In this document: piece by piece, positions 9,885-20,678 of the stretch
Layout of the letters: each line of letters begins with the position of its first letter
Numbering within the stretch: the first letter of the stretch is position 1
NCBI GenBank assembly: GCA_913775595.1
Contig: CAJYLB010000001.1
Span: forward strand, 372,001-436,000
DNA: 64,000 nucleotides
Source: an uncultured Aquiluna sp.
GTDB lineage: Bacteria > Actinomycetota > Actinomycetes > Actinomycetales > Microbacteriaceae
Direction of reading: 5' to 3'
Made by a program: the position numbers and the translations under genes
Notes under the pieces: model-generated
Seen by the model: the letters and a program-made list of their open reading frames with translations, nothing else
Databases searched by the model: none
Told to the model about the DNA's origin: nothing

Positions 9885-10402
9885 CTGTTATCGGCTAACT
9901 TGTTACCGATTGCGTGGTAGGCCCTCTGGAAGTAAACCAGGGGCTCCTCTGGGGTTCTCATGACCGATGCACTCAGAGCATCGATAATGACTACCGCATT
10001 GCTTTCAATCTCGTACTTCTCGCGAATCTTGCCAATAAGCACTGACGATGCCTGCGGCACGATTGGCAGTCCTTCGGGCCCCTCCAGCTCGTCGCCAACG
10101 AATCTACCTTCCTTGTCCCCGGCAAAGCGTTGCGCGAGATGCAAGGACTCGCTATCAAGGGTGTGAAGGGCCACAAATCTTCCCGGCAGCAAATGGGGGT
10201 AGCTTGATGAGCCTTGGGCCACGTTGAGCGAAACCAGGGGAGGGTTGGACCCTAGCGAGGTTGCGCTCGAGGCGGTAAAACCAATCGGGTTGCCCTGCAC
10301 GTCAAGGGCTGTGATCACTGAGATACCCGAGGCATGATTTCTAAATGCTGCCTTGAGAGCATCAGCGCCGGCGAGGTCGAAGGCTGGGGAGTTATTTGTC
10401 AT
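9881..10402 (-). CDS. Flavin reductase family protein
   Basis: AFR.HASG.SVIT...GFTASS.TSL..PPL motif. Confidence 0.88.
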   Translation of the reverse strand: MTNNSPAFDLAGADALKAAFRNHASGISVITALDVQGNPIGFTASSATSLGSNPPLVSLNVAQGSSSYPHLLPGRFVALHTLDSESLHLAQRFAGDKEGRFVGDELEGPEGLPIVPQASSVLIGKIREKYEIESNAVVIIDALSASVMRTPEEPLVYFQRAYHAIGNKLADNS

Positions 10403-10451
10403 TTCTTAGATAAGGTTAGGGCATCTTCTAAAGGCCAAGAGGGATTCTGTA

Positions 10452-11753
10452 ATGCGATCATTTGTCTGGGATGGCGAGGTAACACCCCAGCGGGTCCGTG
10501 ATCTGCTTCCACGAGCAGCAATCTCCATCGATTCAGTCGCCGAAATTGTCTCGAAACTCATTGGCGAGGTCCGTGCTGAAGGCGCAGCAGCGCTCAGGCG
10601 CCATGCACAGGACTTTGACGGTGTTGTCCCTGACACTATTCGTGTTCCCCCTGAAGCCCTGCAATCCAGCAGAGATTCGCTAGACCCAAGTCTTAGAGGT
10701 GCAATTGAGGAATCGATTGCCAGAGTTCGAAGAGTGTCTGAGGCAACGTTGCCAAAATCGACTTCAGTCTTGGTATCTGAGGGCGGCAATGTTGAGACCC
10801 GTTACGTTCCCGTTGACTCAGTGGGCCTGTATGTCCCGGGAGGCAAGGCGGTATACCCATCCAGCACTGTAATGAACGTGGTGCCTGCGCAGGTTGCTGG
10901 GGTGAAACGAATTGTCGTGGTTTCCCCCGCGCAAAAAGACAATGGCGGCCTGCCGTCGCCTGCGGTCTTGGCTACCTGTGAGCTACTTGGAGTCGACGAG
11001 GTCTATGCGATTGGGGGTGCGAGTGCAGTTGCCGCCCTGGCATTTGGAGTAGCAGAAGCGGGGCTAGAGCCAGTCCGTCTGGTTACCGGGCCGGGCAACA
11101 TATTCGTGGCAGCAGCAAAGCGCCAGCTCAGAAGCCAGATCGCTATCGATTCAGAGGCCGGTCCGACCGAAATTCTGGTGATCGCTGACGAGACCGCAAA
11201 CCCAGCTTTTGTTGCGGCCGACCTGATCTCTCAGGCTGAGCACGACGAAAATGCGGCCAGTGTCCTATTGACAACCTCACAAGAACTCCTAGATGCCGTT
11301 CAGCAAGAGCTGAAAATCCAGTCTCCGGAAACGGCAAACAAAGAGCGTGTCATGAAAGCCCTGGCCGGCCACCAATCAGCAGCGGTGTTGGTAAGTGACC
11401 TGGATCAGGCTGTCGCCATTGCCAACGAGTACGCCACCGAACACTTAGAGATACAGACTGCGGACGCTAGGGCGCTTGCCAGCCGAATCACAAATGCAGG
11501 GGCCATTTTCCTTGGCAATCACACTCCCGTGAGCCTGGGTGACTATTTAGCGGGCTCCAATCACGTCCTGCCCACGGGAGAGCAGGCAAAGTTCTCTTCT
11601 GGCCTGTCGGTTATGAGCTTTCTTAGAAGCCAGCAGGTAATTAGCTACTCCAAAGAGGCTCTTCAGGAAGTTGAGACCCAGTTGAAGGTTTTTGCTGAGG
11701 CGGAGGGCCTACCAGCCCACTCCGATGCTGTTCAGATTAGGTTTGTCGACTAA
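10452..11753 (+). CDS. hisD: Histidinol dehydrogenase
   Basis: [37 protein letters not shown]. Confidence 0.98.
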   Translation: MRSFVWDGEVTPQRVRDLLPRAAISIDSVAEIVSKLIGEVRAEGAAALRRHAQDFDGVVPDTIRVPPEALQSSRDSLDPSLRGAIEESIARVRRVSEATLPKSTSVLVSEGGNVETRYVPVDSVGLYVPGGKAVYPSSTVMNVVPAQVAGVKRIVVVSPAQKDNGGLPSPAVLATCELLGVDEVYAIGGASAVAALAFGVAEAGLEPVRLVTGPGNIFVAAAKRQLRSQIAIDSEAGPTEILVIADETANPAFVAADLISQAEHDENAASVLLTTSQELLDAVQQELKIQSPETANKERVMKALAGHQSAAVLVSDLDQAVAIANEYATEHLEIQTADARALASRITNAGAIFLGNHTPVSLGDYLAGSNHVLPTGEQAKFSSGLSVMSFLRSQQVISYSKEALQEVETQLKVFAEAEGLPAHSDAVQIRFVD

Positions 11754-12193
11754 TGCACTGTCCATTTTGTCGCCACGCTGACTCTCGAGTCATTGATTCG
11801 AGAACCTCTGACGACGGGTCTGCTATTCGCAGGCGTAGGCAGTGCCCAGAGTGCCAAAAGCGTTTCACCACCATAGAGACAGCCAGCCTCATGGTCACCA
11901 AGCGCTCTGGGGTCACAGAGCCATTCTCCCGAGACAAGATCATCTCTGGAGTCAGAAAGGCGTGCCAAGGTCGCCCAGTAACAGATGCAGACCTGGCCCT
12001 GCTCGCGCAGCAGGTTGAGGAGACTTTGCGAGCTACTGGAGCTGCAAGCATAGAAGCGCAGGACATCGGCCTAGCCATTCTGGATCCCCTTCGAAACCTC
12101 GATCACGTTGCCTACATGAGATTTGCCAGCGTCTATCAAGCTTGGGACAGCCTTGAGGACTTTCAGGCCGCGATTGAGGATCTAAACAGCTGA
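11753..12193 (+). CDS. nrdR: Transcriptional repressor NrdR
   Basis: MHCPFC...IRRRRQC zinc ribbon, ATP-cone, AYMRFASVY. Confidence 0.98.
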   Translation: MHCPFCRHADSRVIDSRTSDDGSAIRRRRQCPECQKRFTTIETASLMVTKRSGVTEPFSRDKIISGVRKACQGRPVTDADLALLAQQVEETLRATGAASIEAQDIGLAILDPLRNLDHVAYMRFASVYQAWDSLEDFQAAIEDLNS

Positions 12194-13170
12194 TGTATCG
12201 GCTTTTATTCACTGTTTTTCTGCGAAGGCTCGACCCTGAGTTTGCGCATCACCTTGGCGCTTTTGTGCTGCGTTTGATGTTTGCGCTCAGGATAATTCGT
12301 CCGACTCAGAATGGTTCCGTGGAGGTAGCTGGGCTGAGATTTTCAAATCGCGTTGGCATGGCGGCTGGCTTTGACAAGGACGCCAAGCTGGTCAGAGAGC
12401 TGCATGCCCTGGGCTTTGGGCATGTCGAGATAGGGACCGTGACCGCGCAGGCCCAGCCTGGAAACCCAAAACCGAGGCTGTTCCGAATACCAAGTAGTCG
12501 AGCTTTGATTAACCGCATGGGCTTTAACAATGAGGGTGCGGATGTCGTTGCAGAGAGGCTCAGCAAGCTTCGCGCCTCCGGAGCGCCTCTGCCCGTTATT
12601 GGTGTAAACATTGGCAAGACGAAGGTTGTAGAGCTTGAGGATGCGGCAGGTGACTACCGCTACAGTGCCAAGAGGCTCGCCCCAGTAGCGGACTACCTCG
12701 CAGTGAATGTCTCCAGCCCCAACACTCCCGGCCTCAGAGACCTTCAGCAGATAGCTTCGCTAAGACCCATCCTCTCGGCCGTTATCGAGGAAAGCCTTGG
12801 CAAGCCAGTGTTTGTGAAGATTGCACCTGATGTCTCGGACGAGGACGCAATCGAGATTGCTCAACTAGCAAGTGAGCTGAAGCTTGCTGGTGTCATTGCC
12901 ACCAACACCACAGTTTCTCGTGCTGCCGTATCCGGGGAGGTGGCGAATCAGGCCGGGGGACTGAGTGGACCGGTTTTGGCCGAGCGATCCAAGGAGCTCC
13001 TCGCCCTTCTAAGTCGGAAGTTCCCTGAAATGGTAATCATCTCCGTGGGCGGTATTGAGACCGCGGAGGATGTGCGCGAAAGGCTCGAGCTAGGCGCCGA
13101 CCTGGTTCAGGGCTACACCGGCTTTGTCTACTTCGGCCCCTTTTGGCCTAGGCAGCTTACGCGGGCCTAG
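12193..13170 (+). CDS. pyrD: Quinone-dependent dihydroorotate dehydrogenase
   Basis: AAGFDK, NRMGFNN, NVSSPNTPG, GGLSG. Confidence 0.97.
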   Translation: MYRLLFTVFLRRLDPEFAHHLGAFVLRLMFALRIIRPTQNGSVEVAGLRFSNRVGMAAGFDKDAKLVRELHALGFGHVEIGTVTAQAQPGNPKPRLFRIPSSRALINRMGFNNEGADVVAERLSKLRASGAPLPVIGVNIGKTKVVELEDAAGDYRYSAKRLAPVADYLAVNVSSPNTPGLRDLQQIASLRPILSAVIEESLGKPVFVKIAPDVSDEDAIEIAQLASELKLAGVIATNTTVSRAAVSGEVANQAGGLSGPVLAERSKELLALLSRKFPEMVIISVGGIETAEDVRERLELGADLVQGYTGFVYFGPFWPRQLTRA

Positions 13171-14158
13171 TTTCTGGGCTGATCGTTAGGTCTGGATCGG
13201 TCACAATCGAGTCGCCGAGAACCTCGTCAACCTTTTTCATGATTTCTCTCGGAATCTCAACTCCTGCGGCTGCAACGTTGCTGGAAATCTGTTCTGGCCT
13301 TGAGGCGCCCACAATAGCGGCCGAGACGTTCTGATTCTGGAGTACCCAGGCGATTGCGAACTGAGCCATGTCGAGCCCAATCTCCTTGGCTAGCGGCACC
13401 AAGTTTTGAACCTTTGTGAGGATCTCGTCAGTCATGAACTTTTGAATGAACTGGCCGACCTCCTCGTTGGCTGCCCTGGAACCTGCAGGCGCTGGTTTGC
13501 CTGGTAGGTACTTTCCGCTGAGAACACCCTGTGCCATTGGCGACCAAACGATCTGGCCAAGACCGAGCTTTTCAGAGGTTGGGACGACCTTCTTTTCAAT
13601 GACCCGCCACAACATTGAATACTGAGGCTGGTTTGAGATGAGCCGAATACCTAGGTCAGTTGCAAGTTTGTGGCCCTCGCGGATTTGCTCGGCCGTCCAC
13701 TCGGAGACTCCGATGTACATGACCTTCCCCTGGTGAACCAGGTCGGCGAAAGCCTGCATGGTCTCCTCAAGCGGCGTCTCGTAGTCAAACCGGTGGGCTT
13801 GGTAAAGCTCTACATAGTCAGTTTGCAGTCTTTTGAGAGAGCCGTGCAGCGACTCAAAGATGTGCTTGCGAGATAGCCCCACATCATTAGGTCCTTTTTC
13901 TGCCACGGGCCAGTAGACCTTGGTGAAAATTTCGATGCCCTCGCGGCGCTGACCTTTGAGGGCATTGCCCAGAACTACCTCAGCCGCCTGGTTGGCATAA
14001 GCATCTGCGGTGTCGTAGGTGGTGATTCCCGCGTCCAGTGCCGCATGGACCGTCTTTACCGCCTGGTCGTCGTTGACCTGGGAGGCGTGGGTAAGCCAGT
14101 TGCCGTAAATGATTTCGGATACCTTGAGACCCGAATTTCCTAGATACCTAAATTCCAT
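13157..14158 (-). CDS. Aldo/keto reductase (Kv-beta-like family)
   Basis: GNWLTH, DTADAY, SLKRLQTDY, WSPMAQGVL.GKY. Confidence 0.93.
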   Translation of the reverse strand: MEFRYLGNSGLKVSEIIYGNWLTHASQVNDDQAVKTVHAALDAGITTYDTADAYANQAAEVVLGNALKGQRREGIEIFTKVYWPVAEKGPNDVGLSRKHIFESLHGSLKRLQTDYVELYQAHRFDYETPLEETMQAFADLVHQGKVMYIGVSEWTAEQIREGHKLATDLGIRLISNQPQYSMLWRVIEKKVVPTSEKLGLGQIVWSPMAQGVLSGKYLPGKPAPAGSRAANEEVGQFIQKFMTDEILTKVQNLVPLAKEIGLDMAQFAIAWVLQNQNVSAAIVGASRPEQISSNVAAAGVEIPREIMKKVDEVLGDSIVTDPDLTISPETRPA

Positions 14159-14180
14159 TCTTTCTCCTTCGATCGAATCT

Positions 14181-14729
14181 CTAAACGTCTAGTTTTTGAA
14201 ATCTTGCTACCTGAGGCTTTGGGATCCTCAGGGCACGCATTTGGATGGATCTCATTGCTGCGTACCAGGCAATGCCGCCCTCCAACTTGTCCTCACCAAA
14301 CTTTCTTGCAACCTTCTTCTTGGCAGCACGTCCAACAAAGGTCGCGTCGATGGCAACAATTGCAAAAAGCCCCCACATTCCAAAGAGGGCGATTACCTGC
14401 AGGGCGAAAGAGTCGATGAAGGTGAGTAGTACAACCGCAAATAGCATTGGGAGCACAAGCTCTCCAGCGGTGAAGCGTGCGTCAACAACGTCTCTGGCGA
14501 ATCTGCGCTGGGGTCCCTTGTCTCTGAGGGTCAAGTAGCGCTCATCACCGGCCATCATGCCCTCGCGAGCTCGCTGGCGCTCAACGCGGAGCTTCTCCTT
14601 GTCAGCCTGCCTCGCCTCCTTGCTGCGGTCTCCGACTAGCGGCTTCTTCCGCATTTGCTCCTGTTGTTTGCGAGGGGGTGTTGGGCGTCCCTTGCCCTTT
14701 TTCTCACTGGCTTCTTCAGACATCTGCAC
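14181..14729 (-). CDS. DUF3043-type membrane protein
   Basis: KGRPTP.R, GDERYL..RDKGPQR, R.LR.PKPQV; conserved actinobacterial position. Confidence 0.85.
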   Translation of the reverse strand: MQMSEEASEKKGKGRPTPPRKQQEQMRKKPLVGDRSKEARQADKEKLRVERQRAREGMMAGDERYLTLRDKGPQRRFARDVVDARFTAGELVLPMLFAVVLLTFIDSFALQVIALFGMWGLFAIVAIDATFVGRAAKKKVARKFGEDKLEGGIAWYAAMRSIQMRALRIPKPQVARFQKLDV

Positions 14730-14758
14730 CTTTCAGAGTGTGCCACTAGATTACTGGC

Positions 14759-16162
14759 ATGTCATTTGCTGAGATTTCCAAAGACAAGTCAATCATCGAT
14801 AGCTCAAAAGAATTTGTTGACAGCCATTTTGAGCAGGCCATAGAGGACCTGAAGGGGCTAGTGAGGATCCCGGGCATTGCTTGGCCCTCATTTGATCCGG
14901 AGGAGCTTGCAAGGTCGGCCAAGGCTGTAAAGGCAGAGCTAGAGAGCTTAGGCTTCTTCGACTTTGTCGAGATTAGAAATGCTGCAAAACCAGATGGCAC
15001 ACCCGGAGCACCTGCGGTTCTGGCTCGGAGGGCAGGTGCGGCCGACGCTCCTCACGTTCTTCTCTATGCGCATCACGATGTCCAACCTCCGGGAAAGTCG
15101 GAGCTTTGGAACACCGATCCCTTTGAGGCGACCCAGGTGGGGGAGAGGCTCTATGGACGCGGAGCCTCGGATGACAAGGCAGGCATCATCACCCATGTCT
15201 ATGCCCTGAAGGCCCTTGCCACCCTTGCGGGGGATCTCCGACTTGGTGTCACGGTGTTTATTGAGGGAGAGGAAGAAGCGGGCTCAGAGTCTTTTTTGAA
15301 CTTTCTTCAGGAGAACCAGTCTGAGTTGGCATCAGATCTCATAGTTGTTGCAGACAGTGGAAACTGGAGCACCGAGGTTCCCGCGCTTACAGCAAGTCTT
15401 AGGGGAGTCGTGTCGCAAACCCTGACGGTCAAGACCCTCGACCATGCCCTGCACTCTGGCATGTATGGAGGACCCGTGCCGGACGCTATGACCGCGATGA
15501 TCAAGCTCCTAGCCACTCTCACAGACGATGCGGGCGATGTAGCCATCAAGGGACTGGTCTCGGATGAAACGAATGGTCCTGATGTATCGCTAGAACAATT
15601 GCGGGAGGAGTCCGGTTTATTGCCTGGGGTTGACCGCATGGGAACGAAGTCGATCACCCAGCAAATTTGGGGCGAGCCCGCGGTCACAATCATCGGTCTA
15701 GATACGCCTAGCGTTGCAGTCTCTTCCAACACAGCACTTCCGGAGGTGACGGCAAGGGTGTCGCTGAGACTCGCCCCCAGCCAAAACCCAATTGAGGGCC
15801 TTGAGCTGCTCAAGAAGCACCTCCTGGATCATGCACCCTTTGGCGCCGAAATCAGCTTTGGACCTCACGAGATGGGCCCCGGCTATTTCGCCAAGCAGGG
15901 CTGGGCCTCAAAGCTAGGACATGAGGTTTTGAGCGATGTCTGGCCTCAGCAGAGCGTCGACATCGGAGTTGGGGGATCGATTCCATTCATCTCTCACTTC
16001 GCCGAGCTCTTTCCTGACGCCCAGATTCTGGTGACCGGGGTAGAGGAGCCAGACTCTCGTGCTCACAGCCCGAACGAGTCGCAGCATCTACCAACTCTGA
16101 AGCGCGCAATTACAGCCGAGGCTGCGCTGCTGCTGCATGGGAACAAGATGCAGAGAAAGTAG
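14759..16162 (+). CDS. M20 family metallo-dipeptidase
   Basis: YAHHDVQP, GRGASDDK, EGEEEAGS, AHSPNES. Confidence 0.93.
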   Translation: MSFAEISKDKSIIDSSKEFVDSHFEQAIEDLKGLVRIPGIAWPSFDPEELARSAKAVKAELESLGFFDFVEIRNAAKPDGTPGAPAVLARRAGAADAPHVLLYAHHDVQPPGKSELWNTDPFEATQVGERLYGRGASDDKAGIITHVYALKALATLAGDLRLGVTVFIEGEEEAGSESFLNFLQENQSELASDLIVVADSGNWSTEVPALTASLRGVVSQTLTVKTLDHALHSGMYGGPVPDAMTAMIKLLATLTDDAGDVAIKGLVSDETNGPDVSLEQLREESGLLPGVDRMGTKSITQQIWGEPAVTIIGLDTPSVAVSSNTALPEVTARVSLRLAPSQNPIEGLELLKKHLLDHAPFGAEISFGPHEMGPGYFAKQGWASKLGHEVLSDVWPQQSVDIGVGGSIPFISHFAELFPDAQILVTGVEEPDSRAHSPNESQHLPTLKRAITAEAALLLHGNKMQRK

Positions 16163-16164
16163 TT
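16140..16164 (+). promoter_or_regulatory. ECF sigma (SigH/SigR-type) promoter upstream of erpA
   Basis: GGAAC-N17-GTT, 24 nt before the start codon. Confidence 0.6.
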
Positions 16165-16188
16165 AAACTTGGGTATCGGAGGAAATCA

Positions 16189-16530
16189 ATGTCAGACGTT
16201 ATGACCCATGGAGTGAAGCTCACCGACACCGCGGTAGGGAAGGTAAAAGCCCTACTCGAGGCAGAGGGACGAGACGACCTTAGGCTTCGCGTTGCCGTTC
16301 AGCCTGGCGGTTGCTCCGGACTTATCTATCAACTCTTTTTTGATGAGCTGCTAGAAGAAGAGGATGCGGTCGTAGATTTTTCAGGTGTAGAGGTGGTCGT
16401 GGACATGATGAGCGTGCCCTATCTCGATGGTGCCGAGATTGATTTTGAGGACACCATCCAAAAACAGGGCTTCACAATTGACAACCCAAATGCCTCGGGA
16501 TCCTGCGCTTGCGGAGATTCCTTCTCCTAA
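16189..16530 (+). CDS. erpA: Fe-S cluster insertion protein (ErpA/HesB/SufA family)
   Basis: GGCSG, F.IDNPNA..SCACGDSF. Confidence 0.95.
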   Translation: MSDVMTHGVKLTDTAVGKVKALLEAEGRDDLRLRVAVQPGGCSGLIYQLFFDELLEEEDAVVDFSGVEVVVDMMSVPYLDGAEIDFEDTIQKQGFTIDNPNASGSCACGDSFS

Positions 16531-16608
16531 ACCCCTCTAAATGGCCACCCTGGGGTGAAAGTTCGGGGTAAACTTATGGCTATCCGAGCGATTTTGAGGG
16601 GTATTTCT

Positions 16609-17463
16609 TTGACCAAGAAGCGTGGCCGCCTGGGATTTGCAGCTCTCAGCAGCGTTTTGTTGCTGGTGTTGAGCGGTTGCTCTCCTGAGCTTCAGCGAGG
16701 GTTCCTACCAGATGCCAGTGGCGTCACCAACCACACAGATCGAATCATTGGCCTTTGGACCACCTCGTGGATCGTACTTCTTGCTGTGGGAGCTCTAGCA
16801 TGGGGCCTCATGGCCTGGGCACTTATTGCCTACCGCCGCAAAAAGGGTGAGACCGGGCTTCCTCCTCAGCTGCGTTACAACATGCCAATTGAGGCGCTCT
16901 TCACCGCCGTTCCTCTGATTTTGGTACTTGGCTTCTTCGCATTCACCGCTCGTGACACTGCCGCCATCGAGGCAAAGATTGAAAACCCGGACGTTCACAT
17001 ACACGTCATTGCAAAGCAGTGGAGCTGGGACTTTAACTACGTGGATGAGAACGTCTACGAATCAGGCATCCAAGCTCAGTTCACAGGCAGCGAAGAGAAT
17101 GTGATGGAGACTTTGCCGACCCTCTATCTTCCAGTTGGGAAGAGTGTTCAGATTGATCTGTCATCGCGCGATGTCATTCACAGCTTTTGGGTAGTCGAGT
17201 TCCTCTACAAGAAGGACATGTTCCCGGGCCAGCAAAACGAGATGTATTTCACTCCGCTGCAAGAGGGAACCTACGTGGGCAAGTGTGCTGAGCTCTGCGG
17301 CGAGTACCACTCCATGATGCTTTTCAACGTAAAGGTCGTTTCTCAGGCTGAATACGACAGGCAAATGGCGGCACTTGCGGCCAAGGGCAACGTCGGACAG
17401 CTCTCGACGGACTACGACAGAAATCAGAACCTTCCCGGTGGCAATCCAGAGATTAGGGGCTAA
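16609..17463 (+). CDS. ctaC: Cytochrome c oxidase subunit II
   Basis: Lipobox LSGC, QWSW, CuA ligands HSF...[12 protein letters not shown]; start uncertain (16576 also possible). Confidence 0.96.
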   Translation: MTKKRGRLGFAALSSVLLLVLSGCSPELQRGFLPDASGVTNHTDRIIGLWTTSWIVLLAVGALAWGLMAWALIAYRRKKGETGLPPQLRYNMPIEALFTAVPLILVLGFFAFTARDTAAIEAKIENPDVHIHVIAKQWSWDFNYVDENVYESGIQAQFTGSEENVMETLPTLYLPVGKSVQIDLSSRDVIHSFWVVEFLYKKDMFPGQQNEMYFTPLQEGTYVGKCAELCGEYHSMMLFNVKVVSQAEYDRQMAALAAKGNVGQLSTDYDRNQNLPGGNPEIRG

Positions 17464-19157
17464 TGATGGCGACATTTACTGAATCAAGAACTTCTAACCC
17501 TTCTTCGTTCACGCCGAAGCGCTCCAAGGGTCAGGTTCTCGTTGACTGGCTGACCACTACCGACCACAAGAAAATCGGTTACCTCTACCTCATTACAAGC
17601 TTTATTTACTTCCTAATTGCAGGTGTGATGGCGCTGGTCATCAGGGCTCAGCTAGCGCTGCCGGGTCTCGACATCGTTGCGACCAAGGAGCAGTACAACC
17701 AGTTGTTCACCATGCACGGCACGATCATGCTGTTGATGTTCGCAACGCCATTGTTTGCAGGGTTTGCCAACGTACTCATGCCGGTTCAGATCGGCGCGCC
17801 GGACGTGGCTTTCCCGAGACTGAACGCAATTGCCTACTGGTTCTTTAGCTTCGGCTCCTTCATCGCAGTTGCTGGCTTCTTCACGCCTCAAGGCGCTGCC
17901 TCGTTTGGCTGGTTCGCTTATGCACCGCTTTCTAACACGACGTTCTCACCGGGTATCGGTGGGGATCTGTGGGTATTTGGGCTTGCCCTCAGCGGCTTTG
18001 GAACAATCTTGGGTGGCGTGAACTTCATAACCACCATCATCACAATGCGTGCTCCCGGTATGACGATGTGGCGCATGCCCATCTTCACCTGGAACACGAT
18101 GGTGACCTCCATCCTGATCATCATGTGCTTCCCACCGCTTGCAGCTGCGCTATTTGCTCTGGGAGCAGACAGAAGGTTTGGGGCGCATATCTTTGACCCT
18201 GAAAACGGGGGAGCGATGCTGTGGCAGCACCTCTTCTGGTTCTTCGGTCACCCAGAGGTTTACATCATTGCTCTGCCATTCTTTGGAATTGTCTCCGAGA
18301 TCTTCCCGGTCTTCTCCCGTAAGCCAATCTTCGGTTACAAGACTCTGGTCTACGCAACCATCGCCATTGCGGCTCTTTCCATGACCGTGTGGGCTCACCA
18401 CATGTACGTCACCGGACAGGTTCTGCTGCCATTCTTCGCTTTCACAACCATGCTTATTGCGGTGCCAACAGGAGTGAAGATATTCAACTGGATCGGAACG
18501 ATGTGGCGAGGGTCGGTGACCTTCGAAACGCCGATGCTATGGAGCTTGGGCTTCCTCGTGAGCTTTGTATTTGGTGGTCTGACCGGCGTGATCTTGGCCT
18601 CGCCAGCTCTCGACTTCCACCTCTCTGACTCCTACTTCGTCGTTGCACACTTCCACTATGTTGTCTTTGGAACAGTGGTGTTTGCGATGTTTGCAGGCTT
18701 TTACTTCTGGTGGCCAAAGTTCACTGGAAAGATGCTGAACGAGAGGCTTGGAAAGATTCACTTCTGGATTCTTTTCATCGGCTTCCACACCACCTTCTTG
18801 GTGCAGCACTGGCTCGGAGTGCTAGGTATGCCTCGTCGCTACGCCACCTACCTACCTGAGGATGGCTTTACGGAGATGAACCTGCTTTCCAGCGCCGGCG
18901 CTGCCATTCTGGCCCTGTCCATGGTTCCGTTCCTGTGGAACGTCTGGATCACCTACCGAAATGGTGTGAAGGTTGAGCTAAAGGACCCATGGGGCTATGG
19001 AAGGTCTCTGGAGTGGGCAACCGAGTCGCCTATCCCAAGGCACAACTTCCACTCGATTCCTAGGATTCGCTCCGAGTCGCCTGCATTTGACATGAACTAC
19101 CCAGAGTATGCCGCTCCTGAGGCGAAAGAGGCATACGTGAAGGAAGGTCGCATCTAA
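17463..19157 (+). CDS. ctaD: Cytochrome c oxidase subunit I
   Basis: [24 protein letters not shown]. Confidence 0.99.
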   Translation: MMATFTESRTSNPSSFTPKRSKGQVLVDWLTTTDHKKIGYLYLITSFIYFLIAGVMALVIRAQLALPGLDIVATKEQYNQLFTMHGTIMLLMFATPLFAGFANVLMPVQIGAPDVAFPRLNAIAYWFFSFGSFIAVAGFFTPQGAASFGWFAYAPLSNTTFSPGIGGDLWVFGLALSGFGTILGGVNFITTIITMRAPGMTMWRMPIFTWNTMVTSILIIMCFPPLAAALFALGADRRFGAHIFDPENGGAMLWQHLFWFFGHPEVYIIALPFFGIVSEIFPVFSRKPIFGYKTLVYATIAIAALSMTVWAHHMYVTGQVLLPFFAFTTMLIAVPTGVKIFNWIGTMWRGSVTFETPMLWSLGFLVSFVFGGLTGVILASPALDFHLSDSYFVVAHFHYVVFGTVVFAMFAGFYFWWPKFTGKMLNERLGKIHFWILFIGFHTTFLVQHWLGVLGMPRRYATYLPEDGFTEMNLLSSAGAAILALSMVPFLWNVWITYRNGVKVELKDPWGYGRSLEWATESPIPRHNFHSIPRIRSESPAFDMNYPEYAAPEAKEAYVKEGRI

Positions 19158-19570
19158 TGCGCTCCAACATAATCATCCTGTTGGTGATGGCGGCCTACTT
19201 CACCGTTGCAGACATTGCCTACGCGATCTGGACCTATCTAGACACTGGTGCCGTTGAGCCAATTGGGACGGCAGCAATTGGCCTCTTGGTTGTTCTCTCA
19301 ATCTTCATCGCCTTCTACCTCTACAGCGGCATGCGTAGAACCGCCACGCTTCCAGAGGACAACCTAGATGGTGAAATCGAGGAGGGTGCAGGAGAGGTTG
19401 GCTTCTTCTCACCCTGGAGCTGGTGGCCACTATTCCTCGGCGCCTCCAGCGGTTTAGCCTTTGCGGCGCTTGCAGTTGGCTGGTGGCTGTTCTTTATTGC
19501 GGTTCCATTTGCCGTTGTTGCAGTAGTCGGTTTTGTTTTCGAATACGACCGCTTCGCACACGCACACTAG
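19157..19570 (+). CDS. ctaF: Cytochrome c oxidase subunit IV
   Basis: LPED...GFFSPWSWWP, FEY; synteny. Confidence 0.93.
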   Translation: MRSNIIILLVMAAYFTVADIAYAIWTYLDTGAVEPIGTAAIGLLVVLSIFIAFYLYSGMRRTATLPEDNLDGEIEEGAGEVGFFSPWSWWPLFLGASSGLAFAALAVGWWLFFIAVPFAVVAVVGFVFEYDRFAHAH

Positions 19571-19649
19571 GAAATCCCAGCAGCCTTCCACCCTTTGGTG
19601 TTATCCTTTTCTGCTGCCCGAAAGGGTTTGAAGATAAACAACTAAACAT

Positions 19650-20018
19650 GGGGATGATCGGTTTCGACACTGTAATGATGAGTGAAAGAAGCGGGTCGAG
19701 GATGCACAGTTATCTCGTAAACGCTCTGTGCAAAACTATAGGTGCCAATACAAAGCGCGCCGACTTCGCCCTAGCTGCATAAGCTAGCCCCGAAGTCCGT
19801 TTGCCTAGGTTTGATTTCGACCTAGATCCAAGCGTCATTTAGAAATCTTGCTAATTGGGTGCGTCAAAGGCCTAGTTGGGACTTTTTACTTTGACTGGGC
19901 TGGTCGGCGTAGTCGCCTCCGACAAATTCCGCAGCCAAGTAGAACGCCTCTGGAGGCTACACCCGTAGAAGAGTCATGAACGCTGCAGTGGACCCGGGTT
20001 CGATTCCCGGCATCTCCA
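19650..20018 (+). ncRNA. ssrA: tmRNA (SsrA)
   Basis: 5' GGGGATG..GGTTTCGAC; 3' T-arm CCGGGTTCGATTCCCGG and acceptor CATCTCCA; tag frame 19744-19782 encodes ANTKRADFALAA*. Confidence 0.97.
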
Positions 20019-20028
20019 CAACGCATAG

Positions 20029-20055
20029 AGCCAGCCATTTATTGGCTGGCTTTTT
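20029..20055 (+). terminator. Intrinsic terminator after ssrA
   Basis: AGCCAGCCA/TGGCTGGCT stem followed by T run. Confidence 0.8.
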
Positions 20056-20077
20056 GCTTTCCGTTATCCTGAGCAAT

Positions 20078-20632
20078 ATGGTGACCATTCGACGACTTTC
20101 TGAGCCTGAGACAGAGAAGTTCCTAGTCTTCATGGACGGTCCCGCGTTCACGTCTCAACCACAATGGCAGGGTTGCTACTGCCAGGAATACCTCAATACC
20201 AAAGCGGAGAATGAGTCTGCATCGCCTGAATCAAACCGTCAGCTTGCATGCGAACGGATCGCAACTGGTGTCATGCAGGGGTATCTAGCGTTCGAACAGC
20301 GCGACGGAGAAGAGATTGCTGTGGGGTGGATGGCCGCAAATAGCCACAATAACTTCAGGCTGCTTCCTCCAACTACAGAAGACATCGCCACAATTATCTG
20401 CTTCTCCGTGGAAGCGGAGAGTCAAGGAAAAGGGATAGCAACGAGGCTGTTGGAGTTTGCGATTGCCGATTTGCCTGAGCAGGGTTTTAGCAAGGTTCAG
20501 GCTGCCCCGCTTGCAAATGGTGAGTTTGCAAAGTGGGGCTATCGTGGCCCCCTGTCGCTCTATAAAAAGTTTGGCTTTACAGAGGGGCCAATGCTGGATG
20601 ACCAGCACGTGCTGGTAACAAGGGAGTTATAG
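20078..20632 (+). CDS. GNAT family N-acetyltransferase
   Basis: CYC, GYLAF..VGW, CFSV...QGKGIATRLL, LYKKFGF; ATG 7 nt after TATCCT. Confidence 0.88.
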   Translation: MVTIRRLSEPETEKFLVFMDGPAFTSQPQWQGCYCQEYLNTKAENESASPESNRQLACERIATGVMQGYLAFEQRDGEEIAVGWMAANSHNNFRLLPPTTEDIATIICFSVEAESQGKGIATRLLEFAIADLPEQGFSKVQAAPLANGEFAKWGYRGPLSLYKKFGFTEGPMLDDQHVLVTREL

Positions 20633-20667
20633 AAAAACCCCGCAAGACTAAATCCTGCGGGGTTTTT
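20633..20667. terminator. Bidirectional intrinsic terminator between GNAT gene and qcrB
   Basis: AAAAACCCCGCA...TGCGGGGTTTTT. Confidence 0.85.
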
Positions 20668-20678
20668 AGCTAGGTTAT

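Noticed and set aside
19423..19782. 119-aa ORF ending in ANTKRADFALAA
   Set aside because: It is only the open frame upstream of the tmRNA tag; it overlaps ctaF out of frame and the tmRNA 5' domain
19976..20077. N-terminal extension of the GNAT ORF
   Set aside because: Runs through the tmRNA 3' end and terminator; the better start is ATG 20078 after a -10 box
20019..20678. Integrated element at the ssrA 3' end
   Set aside because: No integrase and no duplicated ssrA 3' fragment seen; only one gene
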